The translations under genes and the position numbers were made by a program. From contig CAZALK010000002.1 of NCBI GenBank assembly GCA_964486045.1, forward strand, positions 160,001 through 224,000: a DNA stretch of 64,000 nt, written 5' to 3'. Of the stretch, positions 18,233 through 29,529 are shown piece by piece (position 1 is the first letter of the stretch; each line of letters starts with the position of its first letter). Source of the stretch: an uncultured archaeon (GTDB lineage Archaea; Asgardarchaeota; Lokiarchaeia; Sigyniarchaeales; SOKP01). The notes under the pieces are model-generated. The model was not told the DNA's origin, ran no database searches, and saw only the letters and a list, made by a program, of their open reading frames with translations.

Positions 18233-19270
18233 ATGAAATCTGTAGAATTGGCTGGTACTAAATTCGAAATAAAGGATGGTTTTCTTGATTTAGGTCTTTT
18301 AGATATTAAAGATATTGAAGAGATAATCGGTTTAGATAAGGTTAAAGATTTAAAAAATCTAGAACTTAGTTCTAACGAAATAATTGTGATAAGAAGATTA
18401 GAAAGCCTTGATGAGTTAGAGATTTTAAATTTAGGAAGTAATAAAATTAGAGAAATAAAAGGATTAGATAATCTACAGAACCTTGAAATTCTTCATTTAA
18501 TTAGCAATCAAATAAGAGAAATTAAAGGGTTAGAAAATTTAACTAGCTTAAAAGAATTATATCTTAGAGGAAATCAGATAGAAGAGTTAAAAGGATTAGA
18601 AAAGCTTACATCTCTAGAGAGATTAGATTTATCTTGGAATAACATTTCAAAAATCAACGGTCTTGAAAATTTGAATAAACTCGAAGTTCTCTGGATTGCT
18701 GGAAATCGTTTGCTAAATATTGAAAATCTAGAAAATTTAGAAAACTTAGAAGTATTAAACCTGGCAGGCAATCAAATATCAAATATAGAAGGCTTACAAA
18801 ACTTAAAGAATTTAAAAAATATTTATATTAATAACAATTCAATTAAGGAGATTAAAGGGTTTGAGGCTTTGGAACAATTAGAAACAATCTGGCTTAACTC
18901 TAACCATATTTCAGAAATTAGAGGATTAGACAATTGCAAGAATTTAAGAATCTTAAACTTAAAACAAAACATGATAAAACATATTAGAGGATTATATTCC
19001 TTAACAAACTTAGAAAATCTCTTTCTTTCCGAGAATAACATAGGGGAAATCAAAGGTCTTGAACCTTTAACAAAATTAGAAACTGTTGATCTTGGTCAAA
19101 ATCGTATTATTCAAGTTAAAGGTTTGGAATCTCTAATGAACCTAAAAGACTTATGGTTGGCTGATAACCTAATCCCCCAGGAAATGGTCGACCAACTGGG
19201 AGGTTTAGACTCGGGGGGATGTGCAAACGATCCATTACAATTTGTTCAATATTGTCTTGTGAATCTATGA
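18233..19270 (+). CDS. SDS22-like leucine-rich repeat protein
   Basis: About 13 regular 22-aa repeats LxxLxLxxNxIxEIKGLExL. Confidence 0.92.
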   Translation: MKSVELAGTKFEIKDGFLDLGLLDIKDIEEIIGLDKVKDLKNLELSSNEIIVIRRLESLDELEILNLGSNKIREIKGLDNLQNLEILHLISNQIREIKGLENLTSLKELYLRGNQIEELKGLEKLTSLERLDLSWNNISKINGLENLNKLEVLWIAGNRLLNIENLENLENLEVLNLAGNQISNIEGLQNLKNLKNIYINNNSIKEIKGFEALEQLETIWLNSNHISEIRGLDNCKNLRILNLKQNMIKHIRGLYSLTNLENLFLSENNIGEIKGLEPLTKLETVDLGQNRIIQVKGLESLMNLKDLWLADNLIPQEMVDQLGGLDSGGCANDPLQFVQYCLVNL

Positions 19271-19347
19271 TTAGGACATCTTTTCGAAAAAATATATCTT
19301 ACCAAATAAATTAATTAGATTATCTTTATATTATTGGGGCAATGTGA

Positions 19348-20607
19348 GTGAAATTGAGAGATATTAACCCTTTTGAAAGTGCGAAAAAGAAACTTGATAT
19401 AGCTGCGAATGTGATTGATTTAGATGAAAATACTTTAAAGTATTTAAAGAAAGTGGAACGTAGTTTAATAGTTTCTATACCTGTGGTAATGGATAACGGA
19501 TCTCTTCAGATTTTTGAAGGTTACAGAGTTCATCATTCTACATTGCGCGGGCCTGGCAAAGGTGGTTTAAGATATTCACCCGATGTAACTCTTGATGAAA
19601 TTAAGGCATTAGCTTTCCTGATGACTTTTAAAACGAGCTTGTTAGAATTACCTTTAGGTGGTTCAAAAGGCGGAGTTCGTGTTGATAAAAAAAAGTTATC
19701 CTTAAACGAATTGAGACATCTCACGAGAAGATATACTTCAGAAATCTTAAACATGATTGGGGAAGATATTGACATTTTAGCTCCAGATATGAATACAGGA
19801 GAGCAGGAAATGGCCTGGATTATGGATACTTATTCAATGAATAAAGGTAAGCCATCTCCGGGTGTAGTTACAGGAAAGCCTATAGAGATAGGGGGGACAG
19901 TCGGACGTACCGACGCACCTGGGACGGGAATGTTTTATATTCTTGAAACCTTATGTGAAAGGCAAAATTTCAGTTTAAAATCTAGTAAAGTTGCTATTCA
20001 AGGTTTCGGAAAAGTTGGGAAGGTTGTTGCTCAAATTTTAAATAATGTAGGTTGTAATATTATTGCCATCACTGATTCAGAAGGTGGAGTTTATTCTGAT
20101 AAAGGTTTAAACATAAATAAACTAATCAATTGGAAACAAAAAGGTAACTCATTAAAGGATCACGAAAGGAGTAATATTAAAGTCATAACGAATGAAGAAT
20201 TACTATGTACAAAATGTGATATACTCATTCCTGCTGCAATAGAGAACCAGATTTTTAGTAAGAATGCTGATAATATTGACTGCAAAATTATATTAGAAGG
20301 TGCAAACAGTCCAACCACATCTCAAGCAGATGAGATACTAAAAGAAAAAGGAATAATTATTATCCCAGATATTTTGGCTAACGCAGGTGGTTTATGTGTG
20401 TCATATTTCGAATATATTCAAGATCTACATTCATACTTTTGGAACCTTGAAAGAGTTAATAGAGAGATGAAAAGAATTTTGCTCAGAGCTTTTGAATCAA
20501 TCTTAAATTTATCAAGCGAAAAAGAAATAACATATAGAACAGCTGCATACATTATTGGAGCAGAAAGATTAGCAAAAGCACATGAGTTAAGGGGACTATT
20601 TCCATGA
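19348..20607 (+). CDS. Glutamate dehydrogenase family protein, divergent copy (possibly regulatory)
   Basis: GPGKGGLR, GGSKGG, APDMNT, GFGKVG, PDILANAGG, RGLFP. Confidence 0.9.
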   Translation: MKLRDINPFESAKKKLDIAANVIDLDENTLKYLKKVERSLIVSIPVVMDNGSLQIFEGYRVHHSTLRGPGKGGLRYSPDVTLDEIKALAFLMTFKTSLLELPLGGSKGGVRVDKKKLSLNELRHLTRRYTSEILNMIGEDIDILAPDMNTGEQEMAWIMDTYSMNKGKPSPGVVTGKPIEIGGTVGRTDAPGTGMFYILETLCERQNFSLKSSKVAIQGFGKVGKVVAQILNNVGCNIIAITDSEGGVYSDKGLNINKLINWKQKGNSLKDHERSNIKVITNEELLCTKCDILIPAAIENQIFSKNADNIDCKIILEGANSPTTSQADEILKEKGIIIIPDILANAGGLCVSYFEYIQDLHSYFWNLERVNREMKRILLRAFESILNLSSEKEITYRTAAYIIGAERLAKAHELRGLFP

Positions 20608-20638
20608 TAAGAAAAAAATGCAAAAAAGGTGAAATAGC

Positions 20639-21889
20639 TTGGAATTAAATCCTTTTGAAGTAGCAAAGGAGCAAATTGATATCGTGGCCAAAGAGATGGG
20701 ATTAGATCCTAATATAACTCGATACCTCAAGAAAATTGAGAAAGCATTAATCGTGTCCATTCCAATAATGATGGACAATGGTTCTCTTCAGATTTTTGAA
20801 GGTTATAGAGTTCATCATTCGACAGTTCGAGGACCAGGAAAGGGAGGTATAAGATATGCTCCAAATGTGAATCTTGATGAAGTGAAGGCTTTAGCTACTT
20901 GGATGACATGGAAATGTAGTCTCTTAAAATTACCCTTTGGAGGAGCTAAAGGAGGAATCTGTGTAAATCCTAGAGAATTATCAAAGAAGGAATTAGAAAA
21001 ACTTACGAGGAGATATGCATCCGAGATTATTAACTTTATTGGACCTAATATCGATGTCCCTGCTCCAGATGTTAATACAAATGCACAGATCATGGCTTGG
21101 ATTATGGATACTTACAGTATGAACAAGGGGAGGGCTGTACCAGGAGTCGTTACTGGAAAACCGGTGGAAATTGGTGGCTCAGTCGGAAGAAATTCTGCGA
21201 CAGGGAGGGGTCTATACTTTGTTATTGACGCAATGTGTAAGAAATTAAATATAAGCTTGGAATCACAAAAAATTATTATTCAAGGTTTTGGAAACGTTGG
21301 AGGTTGGATAGCAAATCTTTTATACGAACGAGGTTGTAAAATTTTAGCAGTTTCTGATATATCTAGTGGAATATATTATTCAGAAGGATTAGAAATAAAT
21401 AAATTATTAGATTGGGTTCATAGTGGCAATTTTTTGAAGGATTATAAAGATCAGAGATATAAATTGATTTCAAATAATGATCTTCTTACAAGCGATTGCG
21501 ATATCCTAATTCCTGCAGCTCTAGAAAACCAGATAACAGAAGCAAATGCCAATGAGATTAGATGTAAGATTGTTCTAGAAGGTGCAAATGGACCAACAAC
21601 ACCAGAAGCAGATAAAATTCTATTTAACAAAGGAATTCATTTGATCCCAGATATTCTTTCCAACGCAGGAGGGGTATGTGTTTCTTATTTTGAATATGTT
21701 CAAGATATACGTGCTTACTTCTGGGATTTAGATCGTATTAATAAGGAACTAAAAAGAATGATTCTAGAAGCATTTGAGGAAGTATATAAATTACATAAAA
21801 TGAGAGAAATACCTCTCCGTACAGCAGCCTATATAATTGCAGTGCAAAGAATTGCTAGAGCAATAGAATTAAGGGGAATCTTTCCTTAA
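20639..21889 (+). CDS. gdhA: Glutamate dehydrogenase, canonical copy
   Basis: GPGKGGIR, MTWKC, GGAKGG, PAPDVNT, GRNSATGRG, GFGNVG, EGANGPTT; GGTGA then TTG start. Confidence 0.93.
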   Translation: MELNPFEVAKEQIDIVAKEMGLDPNITRYLKKIEKALIVSIPIMMDNGSLQIFEGYRVHHSTVRGPGKGGIRYAPNVNLDEVKALATWMTWKCSLLKLPFGGAKGGICVNPRELSKKELEKLTRRYASEIINFIGPNIDVPAPDVNTNAQIMAWIMDTYSMNKGRAVPGVVTGKPVEIGGSVGRNSATGRGLYFVIDAMCKKLNISLESQKIIIQGFGNVGGWIANLLYERGCKILAVSDISSGIYYSEGLEINKLLDWVHSGNFLKDYKDQRYKLISNNDLLTSDCDILIPAALENQITEANANEIRCKIVLEGANGPTTPEADKILFNKGIHLIPDILSNAGGVCVSYFEYVQDIRAYFWDLDRINKELKRMILEAFEEVYKLHKMREIPLRTAAYIIAVQRIARAIELRGIFP

Positions 21890-21895
21890 TTGTAA

Positions 21896-23401
21896 TTAAC
21901 TAGTAATAGAATAATCAGTTTCCCCAGTGATTCTATTTACAATTAAATATCTAGATCTCATCCTTGAGCTGTTAGTTTCTATATAATTTAGTATTTTGAT
22001 CTCAACTTCTTTAGGAAATAAGTAATGAGCAAAGTGTAAAGTATTTTCCTTTAACTTAATACAATTGAATAATCTTAGGCTTTCAATCGAATAAAATAAT
22101 TCACTTAATAAATCCATGTTCATATACTCGGAAAATTCGAGAAACTCTAAATTTCTATAAATCTTAGAAACCAAATTATCTAGTAGATTGCCAGTGGTTA
22201 AAGATTTTAGTTTTTCAAGGTTGTTGTTTATATAATAACTGAAAATAACGTAATAGCTTGCTTCTGAAGAATAAAACCCATTACGATTTTGCATAATTCC
22301 ATTTGGTGTTATTCTCTTTTCAATCTCGTCGTAAATAGCATCAATTTTTTTTTCATCTACATTATCTAAATATTCTAAAAATGCAAGAATCGCCAAAATA
22401 TTTGAGAGTTGAGATGTTTCCATATTTTCGAAATGGTACAATTCTAATCCTTCAGGTTCAAATTTAATAATATTTTTAATTTGATCATCCGTTAACCTTA
22501 ATTTAGCTAAAGATGTTGACTTTAAGAAAAAATATATCTGATTTGTGGCTTCGATTATTGGAACATCAAATTCATCTAAATGATCCTGATATAAATCTGA
22601 TAAAAAATCTTTAATCCCCTTATGATCAAAATTTACTTTTAACTCGTTAGCTAAGTATAACGCGCAATAACAAAGATCTGGATTTTTTAAAGAGATTAAA
22701 GGAATTTGCTCCATACAATCTTCAAAGTGATCTTTTAGAAACTCTTTTATATGAGTGAAATTGTAAAAATATTGAATATCGAAAGATTCTATAATTTTAT
22801 AGGTCAAATATATTAATTGCACCTTATTTTGTAAATTATCTAAATCTTCTAAGCGTTCAATTTTCTCTTTATTTTCACAGAATTTTATAATAATTTTATC
22901 TCGGATTCGAATATATCTTCTCAATTTTTCTAGCTTTTCAGGAGTTTCTTCAAATAAATTTTTTAAATTCCTTAATTCAATGAGAAAATCAAGAGTAAGT
23001 ATCCCTTTAGTTTTAAAATTTAATAGTATTGGAACTCCTCTATCATCCACTAGATAAAAGATCACCTGTTCCAAGATTACTTCATAGATTAATGGCGCTA
23101 TCTTTTTTGTGTAGAGTTCGAATATTGAAGAAATTTTTCTGTTTTCTTCAATTTTGAGAGTTAAGAATTTATCTGAAAATCTATTTTGAACCTTGGCACG
23201 GTATAATCCTAACCAAACAAACTCATCAACAAAAATCAGAATTATTTCTTTAAGAGCTTTTTCTAGATTATTTTCTATGTTTTGATTACTTTTTATAAAA
23301 TTATTTATCTTCTCAAGAAAATACTTATCAACATTATCGTAGAATATATCTAATCCATTAAAATATAATTCCAAAACCTTAAATAATCCTTGAAATATCA
23401 T
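21896..23401 (-). CDS. Hypothetical protein; C-terminal half possibly prenyltransferase-like helical repeats
   Basis: 501-aa helical ORF; weak G...S..YY patterns (GIMQNRNGFYSSEASYYV). Confidence 0.55.
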   Translation of the reverse strand: MIFQGLFKVLELYFNGLDIFYDNVDKYFLEKINNFIKSNQNIENNLEKALKEIILIFVDEFVWLGLYRAKVQNRFSDKFLTLKIEENRKISSIFELYTKKIAPLIYEVILEQVIFYLVDDRGVPILLNFKTKGILTLDFLIELRNLKNLFEETPEKLEKLRRYIRIRDKIIIKFCENKEKIERLEDLDNLQNKVQLIYLTYKIIESFDIQYFYNFTHIKEFLKDHFEDCMEQIPLISLKNPDLCYCALYLANELKVNFDHKGIKDFLSDLYQDHLDEFDVPIIEATNQIYFFLKSTSLAKLRLTDDQIKNIIKFEPEGLELYHFENMETSQLSNILAILAFLEYLDNVDEKKIDAIYDEIEKRITPNGIMQNRNGFYSSEASYYVIFSYYINNNLEKLKSLTTGNLLDNLVSKIYRNLEFLEFSEYMNMDLLSELFYSIESLRLFNCIKLKENTLHFAHYLFPKEVEIKILNYIETNSSRMRSRYLIVNRITGETDYSITS

Positions 23402-23924
23402 TTTAAAAAATCTTCTCTTTTCAGAAATTTTTGAGAGATATTCTTAACCGGAATTAATTTCCTTGGCTTTTTTTAATTTTATAATATTTTATTAACTACT
23501 CCAAAATCCTTAATATTATATAAATATTACTCACATATAAATCTTAATAACGACTTTTCGATTTGGAGCAAAATTATTAAAGATATTAATGAAATTGTCT
23601 ATAAAAGCTTTATAATGGCTCCAATCTTTTAAAATAAGGAATATTTCATAATGTAAAAGTAAAATTTTGAACGATATTGATGAATAGAAAAGATCAAAAT
23701 TGCTTTTCTCATCAAAATTTTTTATTAAATTGAGGAAAACCATTAATCTTTGGAAAATTCTTAATTATAAATCAAGTAACATTTAGAATTAGTACAATTA
23801 TTTTTTTTTCAAAAGTAGTTGGCGTATAGAAAGTATCATCAAACAGTTTGGGATTCTAATTAGTTATAACCAATAAAAAAAAATTTGTATTAAGAGTATT
23901 GCGTAATAAGAGTTGCTTTATTTT

Positions 23925-24833
23925 TTAAGACGTTAAATCTAATTTGAAAAACTTGATTGCATTCTCAATGGTCTTTTCACTTACTAGGTTTTGGGAAATT
24001 TTATGGGAGTTAGCAATTGCTGCTATAGCATATCGCACATTGGAAGGGACGTTAATCGGCCCTCTTTTATAAGGGTGCTGGTAGTATGAATCTGTCTCAG
24101 TTACAAGTGAATCCAAAGGTGATAATCTTGTCGCTTTTTGCCATCTATTAAAGCCAAAAGCAGAACTTGGAACAGAAAGTATAAAACCTTGATTAGGAAG
24201 TGTTCTACCATATACTTCCGGTCCTGAAAAGCAATGCCACATTACTCTGTGAGGAGAAATATTATATTCTTCTAAAATAGCAAGGATTTCTTTATTTGCG
24301 CCATCATTTTTATTGTATCTGTGTTTTGGATGCTTTTTATCAAACTCATGTTCAGCAGCATTTCTCACATGCAAAACATAAGGTTTATCAAAATCCTTAG
24401 TAAACTCTAAAATTTTTCTAAAAACTTCGACTTGCTTGTTTCTTGTTTCCAATGTTTTAGCGTGATGAAAATCAAGTCCTATTTCACCAATTGCTAAAAA
24501 TTCATTATTATTATTTCTTACATAATCTACCCACGCCTTCCATTCTATATCATAAATATCCTTAGGAGTGTAGGTAACTGTTTGAGGAGCCCACCCGCAA
24601 GTAAAACCGAAATTCTTATCAATATTTTTTTTAAAATTCAAGGTAAGATTTAATGTATGAAAATCTATCGTGCTAGAAATAAGATATTTTCCACCCATTT
24701 TAAAATAATTTGAAAATTGTTCTCGGTCTGATGGGAGTTGATCATTTTTAGGGCGTGGAAAAGGTATATGACAATGAACATCTATGAAATTAATGTTTTG
24801 TTCAGGTGTTTGTGTAGATATCTTTTTTGGCAT
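23925..24833 (-). CDS. tatD: TatD-family metal-dependent hydrolase
   Basis: IDVHCH, AIGEIGLDF, VLHVR, WHCFSG, TETDS. Confidence 0.9.
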   Translation of the reverse strand: MPKKISTQTPEQNINFIDVHCHIPFPRPKNDQLPSDREQFSNYFKMGGKYLISSTIDFHTLNLTLNFKKNIDKNFGFTCGWAPQTVTYTPKDIYDIEWKAWVDYVRNNNNEFLAIGEIGLDFHHAKTLETRNKQVEVFRKILEFTKDFDKPYVLHVRNAAEHEFDKKHPKHRYNKNDGANKEILAILEEYNISPHRVMWHCFSGPEVYGRTLPNQGFILSVPSSAFGFNRWQKATRLSPLDSLVTETDSYYQHPYKRGPINVPSNVRYAIAAIANSHKISQNLVSEKTIENAIKFFKLDLTS

Positions 24834-25001
24834 ATTTAATATCTTAAATTTTCAACTGCTTTGGATAATTGAAATAATTTTAAAGATTTAATTTTTGTTT
24901 TAATAATACCTAAGTGGGAAAAACTAGATCCAAAAAAAAATCTCTAATTCCTAAATAGATTCAACTAATTCTTTAAATAGTGTCTTTTATTTAAGAGTAA
25001 C

Positions 25002-25415
25002 ATGAGTAGTCAATTAAAATCTAAACTTGAAGAGTTAGAAATAAAGAAGAATGCTATAAAGTCAAAAATTGATGAGATTAATACCAAAAGAGATGAAGAA
25101 ATCAAAACAGTTAATAATAAATATGACCATATGGTTTATGAGATAAATTATGAAATCCAAAAATTCGAAAATGAGATTTTCAATGAAATGATAAGATCAT
25201 TTGTTGAAATAGCTTCAAAGGAGTTAGATATTAAAAGAAGTTCGGATATGTATTCTGTTTCGGATGAATTCAAAGAATATAGAGAGAAAATAGCAAGATT
25301 TGAGACCTTTCCAGAGGAATTAGTTGAAAAACTACATAGAGTAGTACATGGTGATCCAATAGAAAATATCATATATGAACTTGAAGATATTAAAAAGAAG
25401 TATTTAAGAGGATAA
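25002..25415 (+). CDS. Hypothetical coiled-coil protein
   Basis: 137-aa ORF rich in E/K heptads. Confidence 0.65.
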   Translation: MSSQLKSKLEELEIKKNAIKSKIDEINTKRDEEIKTVNNKYDHMVYEINYEIQKFENEIFNEMIRSFVEIASKELDIKRSSDMYSVSDEFKEYREKIARFETFPEELVEKLHRVVHGDPIENIIYELEDIKKKYLRG

Positions 25416-25526
25416 TTTACAATTAAAATTAATTTCAGTCAAATAAATACGATGGTCAAAATTTCTTGAGTATATTATATAGGTATTACACAGATAAATA
25501 TGTTCAATTGGACCATATGAAATGTA

Positions 25527-25694
25527 ATGAATATTGAAGGTAATAATGATATGGAACTTTTTGAAGAGGAGGTCGAGATTTATAATTCAAAAATGCGATT
25601 ACTAAATTGGTTGTATGACGAAATTAGGATACATCCGGTAGGGTTCAAGGATATGGTTAATGAAAAAGGTCAAACACTATCACTTAACCTCTAA
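25527..25694 (+). CDS. Possible small protein, 55 aa
   Basis: Manual translation MNIEGNNDMELFEEEVEIYNSKMRLLNWLYDEIRIHPVGFKDMVNEKGQTLSLNL; fills the intergenic gap. Confidence 0.3.
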   Translation: MNIEGNNDMELFEEEVEIYNSKMRLLNWLYDEIRIHPVGFKDMVNEKGQTLSLNL

Positions 25695-25699
25695 AACGT

Positions 25700-26269
25700 T
25701 TATATCATATTGGGATGAGTAGATATTATTGTTTTAATTAATTTTTTTATTACCATGATTCCGGTATTTAATTCTATTTTATAAGGGACATGTATAAAAA
25801 CAACAAGATATTTCTTTTCTGAGAATAATAGATTCCAATAATAGATATAATTACACAAGTACGTACCTGGGTAATTTGAGATTGAAATATTCTTTGTATC
25901 CTGTAATTGTAAACCTGAGTATAATTTATTAATGTTTAAAATCGATTTTAAGATAAAAGGGGAATTAAATCGAATCAAACCAAACTTAACCTTGTTATTA
26001 ACATCTTTCCCGAAAGCAAAGTTCCATCCACACTTTTCTATACGGAATTTCTTGCTTTCGTGAATACCTAAGAGAACTACTAATTTTGGTTTTGAGATAG
26101 TATGAGTCAGCAGATTCTTAAGCGAAATGAGACTTAAATCCCAAATTACAGGGAACACTTTCTTTATTAATAGGAAATCTAAATCCGGTAGTTCAAGTTT
26201 ATCTACAATTTTACCACTACTATTAGTAGTATTTCTTCCATATGGTCTAAAACCAGTTAAAATCATCAA
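25700..26269 (-). CDS. pcp: Pyroglutamyl-peptidase I (peptidase C15)
   Basis: LTGFRPYG, RIEKCGWN, GTYLCNYIYY, FIHVP (Glu-Cys-His triad). Confidence 0.85.
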   Translation of the reverse strand: MMILTGFRPYGRNTTNSSGKIVDKLELPDLDFLLIKKVFPVIWDLSLISLKNLLTHTISKPKLVVLLGIHESKKFRIEKCGWNFAFGKDVNNKVKFGLIRFNSPFILKSILNINKLYSGLQLQDTKNISISNYPGTYLCNYIYYWNLLFSEKKYLVVFIHVPYKIELNTGIMVIKKLIKTIISTHPNMI

Positions 26270-26348
26270 TATTTTGACCGAAATATCTTTGTATCAAAAT
26301 ATTATGCAATAATTAAAAATAAAAAAAAACGCAGAAAAACAAAATTTG

Positions 26349-26783
26349 TTAATCTTCTGATTTTGCTGCTGCTGCTGCAGCTTTTGCTTTCTCTTTTTCT
26401 AAATTACTCAGTTGTTTTTTTAAAGCATTAATTTCTTTTTGTTTCTCTTTAATTTGAGCTTTCTTTTCAGATTCAATATCTTTCAGCTTGTTATTTAAAG
26501 CCTTTTCTTTATCACTTTTTAATTTTGAGAGCGTTTTGCCTTCATTTTTAGCAGCAGCTATTTTTTCTTTCTTTTTATCTGCCCATTCTGCCGCTTTTTC
26601 AATCGCTTCGTCTCTAAGTTTTTCTTCTTCTCCTAGTTTCGTGTTAGTTTCCTCAATCTTAGGATCAAACTCATCTTCAATTTCTTTCTCTGCAGATGCA
26701 TCTTTTTTAGAAGCTTCCTCTTCTATCCTCGTGATATCATCTTCCTTTGCGGAGATTTGACTTCTAATTTCTTCTTCAGACAT
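26349..26783 (-). CDS. Hypothetical highly charged coiled-coil protein
   Basis: E/K/A-rich helix; (GCA)n encodes a poly-Ala near the C-terminus. Confidence 0.7.
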   Translation of the reverse strand: MSEEEIRSQISAKEDDITRIEEEASKKDASAEKEIEDEFDPKIEETNTKLGEEEKLRDEAIEKAAEWADKKKEKIAAAKNEGKTLSKLKSDKEKALNNKLKDIESEKKAQIKEKQKEINALKKQLSNLEKEKAKAAAAAAKSED

Positions 26784-26832
26784 AATATTTCAATTTTGAT
26801 AAATAATTTGGTATATTTAATAACTTTTTTAG

Positions 26833-26983
26833 TAATTCAAATGTTATAAATTATTGGTTAGTTCTAACATGAATAATCTCACTTTTGAATAATAGTATTT
26901 TTATATTTTATGATAAGATCATACAAAACTTTTTTACAAGGCTTGAATTAAATATAATTTAAATTTAATTAATTAGGTTAGAA
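26833..26983 (+). repeat. Duplicated upstream/promoter region A, copy 1
   Basis: taattca.atgttataaattattggttagttcta..atgaataatctcacttttgaat...ggttagaa recurs at 29652-29802, upstream of the paralogous gene. Confidence 0.85.
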
Positions 26984-26987
26984 ATTA

Positions 26988-29234
26988 ATGTTAAAAAATA
27001 GTAAGAGAAAAAAAATAGTCTTTCTTCTATCATCAGTTCTGTACATTTTAATTGCAACATTCTTTGTTAATGGAATTTTGATTGATGATAATCGTTTATA
27101 TCATAAAAGAAACGTAGAATTCGATGATAAGAATGGTGACTTAAAGTCTGCAGGAGTTTATACCAATATAACTATAGATGACAGGCCGGGAAGCCCAAAT
27201 AATTGGGCTTGGGCGAAAACTCAACCTTGGAGCTCTGGTTCAGGAACATTATTAGATCCATACATAATTGAAGGTCAGATTTTAAATCTGTCTGCTAGCG
27301 CACATGGTATACGCATTTCAAACTCAACATCTTCTTACTTTGAAATTAGGAATAATATTGCTCAATGGAACGAATTAACTAATACACTTACAATGACTGG
27401 CATTTTTTTAAGCAATACTTCTAAAGGTAAAATAGTCACTAACACAATTTACAATATAACAAAAGGAATTCACTTAAATAATTGTTCAAATGTAGATATA
27501 CTCAATAATACAATATACGATCAAACAACACCAATAAATCATATGGTAGAAGGAATTTTAGTAGAATATAGCTATTTCCTTAATATTTCCAAAAATAAAG
27601 TATTTGATATAATACAGGCAGGGAACGGCATATTTCTAAATAACAGCTTTTTTAATAACATCTCTGCCAATAAAATATATAATATTGAAAATAGCAATGG
27701 TATGAAACTCGAAAATAGTAATTTTAACGATGTTACTGAAAACGATATATTTAGCAATGAGGTTGGAATTACACTCCAAGCTAGTCATAACAACACATTT
27801 TCTGGAAATAACGTAAGCAATAATGCAGATCATGGATTAGTAATAAGCCAAAGCCATAATAATACCCTTACAGGAAATATGGTAAAGGACAATAGCCAGA
27901 ACGGGATACAATTATTTGAATCTGATAATAATACCCTCTCAAGAAACCCCATAAATAATAATGGTAATTACGGAATAATTATAGAATACAGCATAAATAA
28001 TATAATCTTGGGGAATATTATGACTAGGAATTTACAGGGGATTTTTATGTCCTTTAGTAATTTCAGTATCATTATAAAAAACAACGCAAGTAAAAATAAT
28101 TACGGAATGTCTATAGATGAAAGCAATAATAATACCATATCGGGAAATGTTATATCCAATAACTCGCAGTATGGGATAATTTTTTCTGGTAATAGCAATA
28201 ATAATACTTTCTCGGGAAATACCGTAAACAATAATGATGTTATAGGAATTTATTTGGAAGATTATTGCGATTTAAACCAATTTACCAATAATATTTTAAA
28301 TAATAATTTGGTTGGATTTCAGATTGATTTAAATAATGATAATAACTCAATTTTTGAGAATTTCTTACTGAATAATGGTAAACATGCGATTGACGGTGGA
28401 ACTGATAACAAATGGAATAGTACTATAATTGGTAATTATTGGGACAATTATACCGGTGTAGATGCTGATCATAACGGAATAGGAGATACTAACCATATTT
28501 TTAATGGAGGGATAGATTATCTACCAATCTGGGATGTTGATTTACCATCAATCAATATTGTTTCTCCTTCAGATAATGATTTAGTTGGTAGAACAGCTCC
28601 TAGCTTTATTGTTGAGGTTACTGATCTTTACTTAGAGAATATGTGGTATACTATTGATGATCATGTAACTAATGTGCTTTTTACAACTAACGAGACGTTC
28701 GACCAAACTTTGTGGGAAATATTATGGGATAGTATAGCGGAAATGGATTTCATATATATTATATTCTACGCTAACGATACTTTTGGTAATCTAGGGTCTA
28801 ATAATGTCTCGGTAATTAAAAGTGTTGCTCCCATAATTTCAATTATATCTCCATTAGAAGATACGGTATTTGGAGCAGTAGCGCCGAACTTCACGGTTGA
28901 AGTAGTTGAGTCAAACTTAGAATTTATGTGATATTCTGTTGACGGCGGCCTTACAAATGTTATTTTTACTACAAATGGCTCATTATCACAGTCCATATGG
29001 GATAATTTACCAGAAGGCGGAGTTACTATCAGATTTTATGCCAACGATTCATTAGGAAATATCGTCTTCGAACAAGTGAACGTCTTTAAGGAAATTCCAG
29101 TTTCCACATCACCATCTCCCACAATTGGGATAGACTTCAATATAAATGGTCTCATACTTCTCATTGCTATTACAGGATCAATAATATCTATTATTAGTCT
29201 TACGCTGAAAAGAAAACGAAAAATTCAATACTAA
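26988..29234 (+). CDS. NosD/right-handed beta-helix surface glycoprotein with Ig-like repeats and a C-terminal TM, interrupted by an in-frame TGA at 28929
   Basis: PbH1 repeats, IGNYWDNY, Ig-like repeats. The frame continues 100 codons past the TGA (M*YSVDGGLTN...FYANDSLGN...TM...KRKRKIQY), collinear with MWYSLDDGLTN of the paralog. Confidence 0.8.
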
Positions 29235-29360
29235 TTATTTTTTTATTTTATTCTCATGTTATCTTGAAAAAAAATTTCGTCCTAACTTAAATTTAGATCG
29301 ATTCTTTTCTTAAAATAATTTTTACTTATCCTTAAAATTTAATAGAATTGGATATATAAG

Positions 29361-29405
29361 ATGAGAAAAACCATTAGCTGAAAAAATCCTATAACAACAT
29401 TTAGG
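29361..29405 (+). pseudogene. Decayed copy of the 5' end of the aconitase gene at 32801
   Basis: atgagaaaaaccattagctgaaaaaatcctataacaacatttag versus atgggaaaaactttaactgaaaaaatcttggaacaacatttag. Confidence 0.7.
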
Positions 29406-29529
29406 TATAAAATTTTTTTCTAATCTATTTATTCTGGGTTAAAATTTTTATAAAATAATTGACTTGTTATTGTGGTTTTAAGAAAAATATCTTAAGAACC
29501 TTTTTATCGCCAAATCTTAAAAGGATTCA

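Noticed and set aside
23531-23743. 70-aa ORF in the spacer before tatD
   Set aside because: Extremely AT-rich with F/I/K/N-biased composition and no motif; probably non-coding
25002-26783. Coiled-coil proteins as ESCRT-III/Snf7 homologs
   Set aside because: They are short, lack a recognisable Snf7 pattern, and have no Vps4 or other ESCRT neighbours
1287-28931. TGA reassigned to Trp, suggested by two in-frame TGAs at Trp positions
   Set aside because: TGA ends intact genes at their expected termini (7166, 20607 after RGLFP, 13499), TGG is used throughout, and one of the two cases is in a truncated pseudogene
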